A stretch of DNA of 7,146 bases from a virus. Taxonomy: Duplodnaviria > Heunggongvirae > Uroviricota > Caudoviricetes. A program made the translations under genes and the position numbers. The notes under the pieces are model-generated. The model made no database searches. It was given only the letters and a program-made list of their open reading frames with translations, and was not told where the DNA came from. Positions 1 through 5,211 of this stretch are shown piece after piece (within the stretch, counting starts at the first letter, position 1; every line of letters starts with the position of its first letter). The DNA lies in the IMG/VR virus record IMGVR_UViG_2667528065_000010, positions 1 through 7,146 of that record; one strand, 5' to 3'.

Positions 1-216
1 CACAACATCCGAGGGCGGAGGCATCGTCCGCTGGCCCACAGAAGTCCGGAAAGTCATGGAAGGTCGTTGTTGGGAGGAGGTACAAATTCTCTCATGCAAA
101 AAATACGTAAAATCGATAATAGCTGGAAATAATTCAATACATGCACTCTCGAAAGTGCATCAGCCAACAAGCAGAACGTTATTGCATACAACGTTTCTGC
201 GGCATAATCCCAATGA

Positions 217-340
217 TTACTCCCTGACAGGGTTCGTAGGCCACTCAATATCAGGTGCAGTTGATGTATCAACACGGTTCAGCAGCATCCGATACTTTTT
301 CCAGGCTTCCAGCAACGGGGTTTCTTCCTCCGTTGCATAT
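217..340 (-). pseudogene. tfa: 3' remnant of a tail fibre assembly gene (Tfa family C-terminus), lacking start and N-terminal domain
   Basis: Minus-strand translation of 340..220 is [39 protein letters not shown], then TAA at 219-217. This matches the C-terminal motif of E. coli prophage Tfa proteins as I recall it (…[26 protein letters not shown]…). An in-frame TGA lies at 343-341, there is no ATG upstream of the motif, and the preceding sequence is an unrelated membrane-protein ORF. Confidence 0.65.
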
Positions 341-355
341 ACAGCTCACCTTTTT

Positions 356-655
356 TCACCCACGATTAACCAACAGCCAGACCAGCAGACACGCCACCAC
401 CGGCACAGCAAAATCCATCAGGCTTGCCACATCCCATGCACGTGTATCAAAACCGCCCCACCACGGCATATTCATTCGCTTGCCATGCCCGAACATTTCG
501 ATCCAGCGATATTCTGCCTGGGTGTGTTCACGCGCAATGAAGAACGTACAACCGGCTATCGCCCCGTAAGCCCAGTTCCCGGTAAAAAGACCAATCAGTA
601 GCTGCGCAGCCACAGCACAAAGCGCATGAAGGAAAGGTGTTATATCCATTTTCAT
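356..655 (-). CDS. Hypothetical small membrane protein (~100 aa, 2-3 predicted TM segments)
   Basis: ORF 356..664 in the track begins at a TTG; the likely real start is ATG at 655 (MKMDITPF…) or 649. Hydrophobic stretches ITPFLHALCAVAAQLLIGLF and FAVPVVACLLVWLLV. Codon usage resembles the neighbouring genes. No family recognised. Confidence 0.5.
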   Translation of the reverse strand: MKMDITPFLHALCAVAAQLLIGLFTGNWAYGAIAGCTFFIAREHTQAEYRWIEMFGHGKRMNMPWWGGFDTRAWDVASLMDFAVPVVACLLVWLLVNRG

Positions 656-662
656 CCTACCC

Positions 663-685
663 AATAAAACGGGGCGCTCGGCCCC
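663..685 (-). terminator. Candidate rho-independent terminator after the chaperone-domain fibre gene
   Basis: Minus-strand ggggc-cgagc-gcccc (5-bp GC stem) followed by gttttatt, directly after the TAA at 692-694. The stem is short, so confidence is modest. Confidence 0.4.
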
Positions 686-691
686 TTAATA

Positions 692-1736
692 TTATTTAGA
701 CGCAAGCGCCGCCTCAATTGCAGATAATCTTTGTCTTAATTCTGCGTTTTCTTCTTCCAGTGCTGTTATTCTGTCGTCTGACTCTCTGGCTACCTGAACA
801 AGCAAGCCAGTAACACCAGAATAATCTACTGTGTAATAACGTTCACCTTCTTCACCTTCCGATCCGCTCGCACCGTCCTGATATTTCATTGCGGAACCTA
901 CAACTTCTGGGATTGCTTCCAGAGCTTCCTGTGCAATGACACCAGCATAGGGCATACCGTTTTCTTTAAGCGTGTATGTATAGCCGTTCATTTTACGGAT
1001 GCGGTCGGTTGCATTATCGATCACCTGAATGTTGTCTTTCAGATCCCGGTCGGAATGCTGGTTAAATGCGGTGGCATGACATGCACCATTAACGCTTAAC
1101 ATATAGGTGTTATCGGTATTTTTCTGCGCATAGAACATATAAGCGCCACAAGTCACGACACCGACTTCATAAACAACAGGACGGCTGGAGTTGCCCCACA
1201 ATTGAGCGAGTAACACCAGCATAAGCGGTTCCCTGTGTGTTTAATGTCATGGTTGACCCATGATTGGCATATTTGATCTGTAATGTGTCGGTGTAATCAA
1301 ATTTAATAAGCGCGTTACTTCCACGCTTGCTGTATGACATAAGGCAGTTACCCATTTTGAGGTATCCGCTGTCACCGGGAAAAATCATCGTACCGCCATA
1401 AAGGTTGGTAAAGTCCCAGCAAATGTTTGTCCCGTTATCGTTCAGGTTAAGGCGCGCCATTGCGTTACCTGGACTGTCTATCCATTTTTTGAGGTATAGT
1501 TCGCAATACGCATCCTCAACACCTGCCGTCCTGTGAGTTGAGCGGAGTTTTCTCCCAAATATAGCTCCGCTAGTTGGCAATACCTGCTGATACCATGAAG
1601 CAGACCAGTCACCAACGATTTCATCTTTGCTGTCTACATATAATTTTGTTGCGTAGCTTCCTTGATCGTTTTTTAATTTGCTAACGTCGGATTTTAGCGT
1701 TTTGATGTCATCAGGAATTACTGTCGATGTAGCCAT
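692..1736 (-). pseudogene. Short tail-fibre/tip protein with C-terminal intramolecular-chaperone (peptidase S74-like) domain, interrupted by a frameshift
   Basis: Two overlapping minus ORFs in different frames (1167..1736 and 692..1222). The upstream part begins at ATG 1736 with AGGAAG as RBS. The downstream part carries HSDRDLKDNIQVI…GYTYTLKENG…GVIAQEALEAIPEVV…ALEEENAELRQRLSAIEAALASK. The SDxxxKxNI motif followed by a C-terminal coiled coil is, as I recall it, the signature of the self-cleaving chaperone domain of phage tail fibres and endosialidases. Removing one G from the minus-strand G4 run (plus C4 at 1194-1197) gives a continuous ~347-aa protein (…GVTRSIVG-NSSRPVVYEV…). Confidence 0.6.
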
Positions 1737-1745
1737 TTTTCTTCC

Positions 1746-2027
1746 TCACATCCAGCCACGAAGTTGATGCTCAACAGCAACCACGTATTCATCGAATAAT
1801 GACGATATTTGCGAATCATTAATGATGCGCACGTTTACAAAATATCCGTCTTCCTTAACACATACCGGTTCGCCATCTTCAGTCAGTTCTCCGGTTTCTT
1901 TGTACACGTTACCTATCACGTCGATAAGAATATCATCCTGCATCGACTCGTCATCATAATAGCCAATACTCTCCATAAAGGCCGAAAAGTCGGCCCTGTC
2001 TTCAAATTTGAGTGTTAAATCTTTCAT
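1746..2027 (-). CDS. Hypothetical acidic 93-aa protein of unknown function
   Basis: ATG at 2027 with a strong SD (GGGGGAG, plus 2036-2042) 8 nt upstream. It starts 23 nt after the stf stop, and its TGA sits 9 nt before the next gene's ATG, so it is translationally coupled on both sides. Rich in Asp/Glu. I recognise no family. Confidence 0.65.
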   Translation of the reverse strand: MKDLTLKFEDRADFSAFMESIGYYDDESMQDDILIDVIGNVYKETGELTEDGEPVCVKEDGYFVNVRIINDSQISSLFDEYVVAVEHQLRGWM

Positions 2028-2050
2028 TAGATTGACTCCCCCATTTGTGC

Positions 2051-4456
2051 CTAAGTTAATTCTTTATGCCAAATGCGTAAATTTTTCACATGACCGAACA
2101 GGTGTCTGTTGCCACTGGATGATTGTCCACCGATATTAATATTACCGGCAGTATAACGTTGCAATGTATGCAGAGACGGGGAGCTGCCACCTAAAATTCC
2201 ATCAACAACAACCTGCAACTGTTTATCTTCTGTAAACTTAAAGCCAGTAACAAATTTCCTTTTCTCTCTATTCCCATATGCTTTATATTCTGTTTTTGTT
2301 CCTTTGCCATTGGTGATAATTAGCCTTTTACCACGAGTGGTAAAACCAAAATACATATAACTTTCATCAGAAACTTCAGTCGTCGCCCCTGTAATTGAGA
2401 TATTAAGCAAACGCGCAGAGCCTTCTAAATTAGGCATTTCAGAATCCCAATTAACATTAACTTCCATGAGAACACTAACTGGTGGAGTTGCCCAATTGAA
2501 AGGTATAGGTATGATTACCTGGTCACTTGCTCTCGTGGCACCGACCTCTGTTGTGATGATAAAAGATGACGCGTTTAGTCCCTTTTCGAATTGAGGGGTT
2601 GTTAACATTAATTTATCGCCAGACTTGATTGATCGTTGATGTGCTCCAAACTCAAAACGCCCATACATATTTTTTGCTTCTGGTGATTTGTAGGTAAACT
2701 CAACACGAATCCATCCATTAGACTCTCTGAATATGTTATAAGTTGCCGCCTCACCTCCAGAATAACTCAACATATCGCCAGTCTCGCAATCAATATATGC
2801 GCCAGCGGTCAGTGTGTTACTTGAGCCATCGTCGTTAACATATGATATTCTTGGACGCAACGTGATAATACCATCCCCACTTACTTTTTTAACTCTGCAG
2901 GATAAAGTAACTGATTCATTTGCCGAAACTGAAATAACCCTGGTATATCCAGTAGAAATTAATGTCGCCCTTTCAGTTGTGGATGTTTCTTTAACGCCAA
3001 ACAAACCATAACTGAAACCATACTCATCAACTCCCGTGGTAATAGTTAAGTTAGCAGTGTCATAGTTCCACGATACTGGTGTATTCGTATAAGAAAAAGT
3101 ATTCGTTCTCTGACCTTCAATGAGCAGACCATCTTTTTCAAAACGTGGTTCATTTATCGCTGATTCAGCAAAACACCCAGACTTATCTATATACGTTGCA
3201 GTTGACGCCCTGGTAAATGAAACAACCTTTTCAGACGGCAATGCAATAACATCGTCACCAACTGTGATGCTCTTATATCCAGGAGCAAACCCGGTAATCA
3301 TATCCAGTGAATCGTTAAACGGTATCCACACCTCAGGTAACGGCTGTAAGACATATTTATACGGCTCCGCAGCCTGGCTGGCGTACTCTCTGGCTGCATC
3401 TTCGCTTGCTTTAGCTGCCGTCTGGCTTGCTGCCGATGCTTTCGCTGAGTTCGCAGCCGCTGTTTCGCTCGCCTTTGCGTTGGTTTCACTGGTTTTTGCT
3501 GCTTTTTGAGCGGTTAGCTGATGCAGTGGCAGAAGCAGCCGCCGCACTTGCAGAACCAGCTGCAGCACTCTCGCTTTCGGCTGCTGCAGCCTGACTACTT
3601 TTCGCCGCAGTTTCGCTGGCTTTGGCATTCGTTTCGCTGGTCTTCGCTGCTGTCTGGCTGGACTTTGCGTTAGTTTCACTCGTCTTCGCAGCTTTCTGGC
3701 TGTTAGCCGCAGCAGTTGCTGATCCGGCTGCTGAAGTCGCAGAACCGGCCGCCGCACTCTCGCTTTCAGCTGCTGCATCCTGACTGCTTTTCGCCGCAGT
3801 TTCACTGGCTTTCGCATTCGTTTCGCTGGTTTTCGCTGCCGTCTGGCTGGACTTCGCGTTGGTTTCGCTCGTCTTTGCGGCTGTCTCACTGTTTTTCGCG
3901 TTGGTTTCTGATTTTTTGGCTGCAGTCGCGGGGAGGGGGCCGATGCAGTCTGTGAGGCCGCTGCCGCCTGTGCGCTGTTAGCTGCGTTCGTTTCTGAGGT
4001 TTTCGCCGCGTTCTTCGATGATGCCGCTGCTGTTTCGGATTTCTTTGCCGCCGCTGCGCTCTGAGAGGCGGCTTCAGCGTTGCGTGCCGCTTCTTCCACC
4101 ATTTCCTCAAAACGACGCAATGCCTCCGGCATGACATCATCTTCCGTCATGGCACCGAGAAAATCATTCAGCGTCCCCGGCTTAGAATCTTCATACACGG
4201 TGATGGTCCCGGCATGTGAAGGCGGAAAACCTTCAACCAGCAGGATAACGCTGTACTGGCCATACTCAACATCCATGCTGTAACGCCCGGCTTCATCCGG
4301 ATCTTCAGAGGCCACCGTGTTCACCAGATTTTCAGAGGCCACCGTGTTCACCAGTACCGTGGTGCTGTTACGCTTTGCCTTCAGTTGAATAGTGCAGTTC
4401 TGTATTGGTTTTCCCGCACCATCTTTCAGCACACCTGAGATTTTTACTGCTGCCAT
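2051..4456 (-). CDS. stf: Side tail fibre protein: lambda Stf-like N-terminus, Ala/Ser/Thr-rich repeat shaft, non-lambda C-terminal domain (possibly lectin/LamG-like)
   Basis: Likely start is ATG at 4456-4454 (MAAVKISGVLKDG…), with GGAG 5 nt upstream; the ORF-track start at 4462 is a GTG two codons further up. The N-terminal ~170 aa closely match my recollection of lambda Stf (MAVKISGVLKDG…NCTIQLKA…EAGRYSMDVEYGQYSVIL…FPPSHAGTITVYEDS…). The middle has AAKTSETNAKA-type repeats. The C-terminal ~480 aa are beta-rich and end …RHLFGHVKNLRIWHKELT. The ORF is continuous, but about 140 internal codons are in an alternative frame (see findings). Confidence 0.82.
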   Translation of the reverse strand: MAAVKISGVLKDGAGKPIQNCTIQLKAKRNSTTVLVNTVASENLVNTVASEDPDEAGRYSMDVEYGQYSVILLVEGFPPSHAGTITVYEDSKPGTLNDFLGAMTEDDVMPEALRRFEEMVEEAARNAEAASQSAAAAKKSETAAASSKNAAKTSETNAANSAQAAAASQTASAPSPRLQPKNQKPTRKTVRQPQRRAKPTRSPARRQRKPAKRMRKPVKLRRKAVRMQQLKARVRRPVLRLQQPDQQLLRLTARKLRRRVKLTQSPARQQRRPAKRMPKPAKLRRKVVRLQQPKARVLQLVLQVRRLLLPLHQLTAQKAAKTSETNAKASETAAANSAKASAASQTAAKASEDAAREYASQAAEPYKYVLQPLPEVWIPFNDSLDMITGFAPGYKSITVGDDVIALPSEKVVSFTRASTATYIDKSGCFAESAINEPRFEKDGLLIEGQRTNTFSYTNTPVSWNYDTANLTITTGVDEYGFSYGLFGVKETSTTERATLISTGYTRVISVSANESVTLSCRVKKVSGDGIITLRPRISYVNDDGSSNTLTAGAYIDCETGDMLSYSGGEAATYNIFRESNGWIRVEFTYKSPEAKNMYGRFEFGAHQRSIKSGDKLMLTTPQFEKGLNASSFIITTEVGATRASDQVIIPIPFNWATPPVSVLMEVNVNWDSEMPNLEGSARLLNISITGATTEVSDESYMYFGFTTRGKRLIITNGKGTKTEYKAYGNREKRKFVTGFKFTEDKQLQVVVDGILGGSSPSLHTLQRYTAGNINIGGQSSSGNRHLFGHVKNLRIWHKELT
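3474..3930 (-). repeat. 189-bp-period tandem repeats (about 2.4 copies, ~90% identical) encoding the Ala/Ser/Thr-rich fibre shaft
   Basis: Plus-strand landmarks recur at a 189-nt offset: gcagaacc at 3550 and 3739; gttagc at 3513 and 3702. One sub-segment shows a 190-nt offset (tttgcgtt at 3474 and 3664), which reveals a 1-nt indel between copies. Confidence 0.85.
4301..4354 (-). repeat. 27-bp tandem duplication (26/27 identical) inside the stf N-terminal domain, in frame
   Basis: 4301-4327 versus 4328-4354 differ at one base. It encodes LVNTVASEN-LVNTVASED, whereas lambda Stf as I recall it has a single VNTVGSE at this point. Confidence 0.85.
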
Positions 4457-4466
4457 ATCCACTCCA

Positions 4467-4494
4467 CAAAAAAGCCCGCCTGAACCGGCGGGCT
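4467..4494 (-). terminator. Rho-independent terminator downstream of lom
   Basis: Minus-strand agcccgcc-ggttca-ggcgggct (8-bp GC-rich stem; plus 4473-4494) followed by tttttt (plus A-run 4467-4472). It sits just upstream of the stf RBS (GGAG) and start codon. Confidence 0.65.
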
Positions 4495-4520
4495 GTCATA
4501 ACACTGTGTTACCTGGCTAA

Positions 4521-5144
4521 TCAGAACTTATAACCGACACCCACGATGAAACCGTCAGTGCGCCAGTCACCACTGCCGGAGCCTTCATAAGCAATATCAA
4601 TGGCCACGGATTCGGTCGGGTTAAACTGCACGCCAGCTCCCCACGCCAGAGACGTGTTGCTGTGGCGACCGTCATCACTTCCGGTCAGCACATCGTGCGT
4701 TTTCCCCTTGTTGTCAGTTACGCGGAGGTAATCCCCGGAAAAAGTCGAAACACGGCTGTAAGCCATACCCGAAACACGGCTGTAAGCCATACCCGCCATC
4801 GCATACGCGCTGAACCATTCATTCACGCGCACAGACGGCCCCGCCATCACGCTGAACCAGCGGTTACGCACGGAATCTTTATGCCAGCGGGTATCGCTGT
4901 AACGGGTCAGCTGACGATTCTTGTATCCTGCATAACTGAATGACGTCACCAGCCCCAGCGTGTCCGTAAATTCATAACGGTATTTCACGTTAATGCCCTT
5001 CAGGTCATCACTGCCTGGCATATCAGTATGGGTCTGAAGATACCCGGCGCTTAGTGTGGACTGATGCTCTGCTGCGCTCGCTGGCGTACCAGCGGCAACC
5101 AGCCAGACTACTGCGGACAGAATAACAGCACATAATTTACGCAT
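4521..5144 (-). CDS. lom: Lom family outer-membrane protein (Ail/OmpX/PagC-like 8-strand beta-barrel), 207 aa
   Basis: ATG at 5144 preceded by GAGAGG. N-terminal signal peptide MRKLCAVILSAVVWLVAAGTPASA-AE. C-terminus …VAIDIAYEGSGSGDWRTDGFIVGVGYKF, as I recall for lambda Lom, ending in the aromatic residue typical of OM beta-barrels. Position immediately after J as in lambda. Confidence 0.92.
   Translation of the reverse strand: MRKLCAVILSAVVWLVAAGTPASAAEHQSTLSAGYLQTHTDMPGSDDLKGINVKYRYEFTDTLGLVTSFSYAGYKNRQLTRYSDTRWHKDSVRNRWFSVMAGPSVRVNEWFSAYAMAGMAYSRVSGMAYSRVSTFSGDYLRVTDNKGKTHDVLTGSDDGRHSNTSLAWGAGVQFNPTESVAIDIAYEGSGSGDWRTDGFIVGVGYKF
4747..4794 (-). repeat. Perfect 24-bp tandem duplication (2 x gaaacacggctgtaagccataccc) inside lom, in frame
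   Basis: Read directly: 4747-4770 is identical to 4771-4794. It duplicates eight residues (…MAGMAYSRVSGMAYSRVSTFSG…). Confidence 0.9.
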
Positions 5145-5165
5145 AATTACCTCTCGCTTTTCTGC

Positions 5166-5192
5166 AATAAAAAAGGCGTCATTTCTGACGCC
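5166..5192 (-). terminator. Rho-independent terminator downstream of J
   Basis: Minus-strand sequence ggcgtca-gaaa-tgacgcc (7-bp perfect stem, 4-nt loop; plus 5175-5192) followed directly by tttttatt (plus A-run 5166-5174). It lies between the J stop (5212) and the lom RBS. Confidence 0.6.
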
Positions 5193-5211
5193 CGTATTGG
5201 GGTTATAAAAT

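Noticed and set aside
141-160. Near-palindrome atgcact-ctcgaa-agtgcat downstream of the tfa remnant, as a possible terminator or operator
   Set aside because: The stem is 7 bp and AT-rich with no clear U-tract on the gene strand. There is not enough evidence to call a terminator or protein-binding site.
54-275. Minus-strand ORF 54..275 (73 aa)
   Set aside because: It overlaps the Tfa-like C-terminal remnant in a different frame and its translation is not protein-like. The conserved Tfa motif is in the other frame.
56-601. Plus-strand ORFs 56..601 (181 aa) and 255..569 (104 aa)
   Set aside because: They are antisense to, and overlap, the minus-strand membrane-protein ORF and the tfa remnant. 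The translations are low-complexity (His/Thr/Ser/Pro-rich) and I see no RBS. Most likely spurious.
2814-4283. Plus-strand ORFs inside stf (2814..3011, 3120..3509, 3716..3955, 4080..4283) and minus alternative-frame ORFs 3298..3489 and 3886..4140
   Set aside because: These are antisense or alternative-frame readings of the GC-rich Ala-codon repeat region, which naturally lacks stop codons. Their products are Arg/Pro/Ser low-complexity. They are explained by stf.
4460-4462. ORF-track start codons at 4462 (stf) and 7140 (J) reading as Met
   Set aside because: Both are GTG codons that the ORF caller rendered as M. For stf the ATG two codons downstream (4456) matches the lambda Stf N-terminus and has better SD spacing. 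For J the GTG is internal to a gene that continues past the window edge.
4662-4943. Plus-strand ORF 4662..4943 antisense to lom
   Set aside because: It lies entirely within lom on the opposite strand, and its internal repetition merely mirrors the 24-bp duplication in lom.
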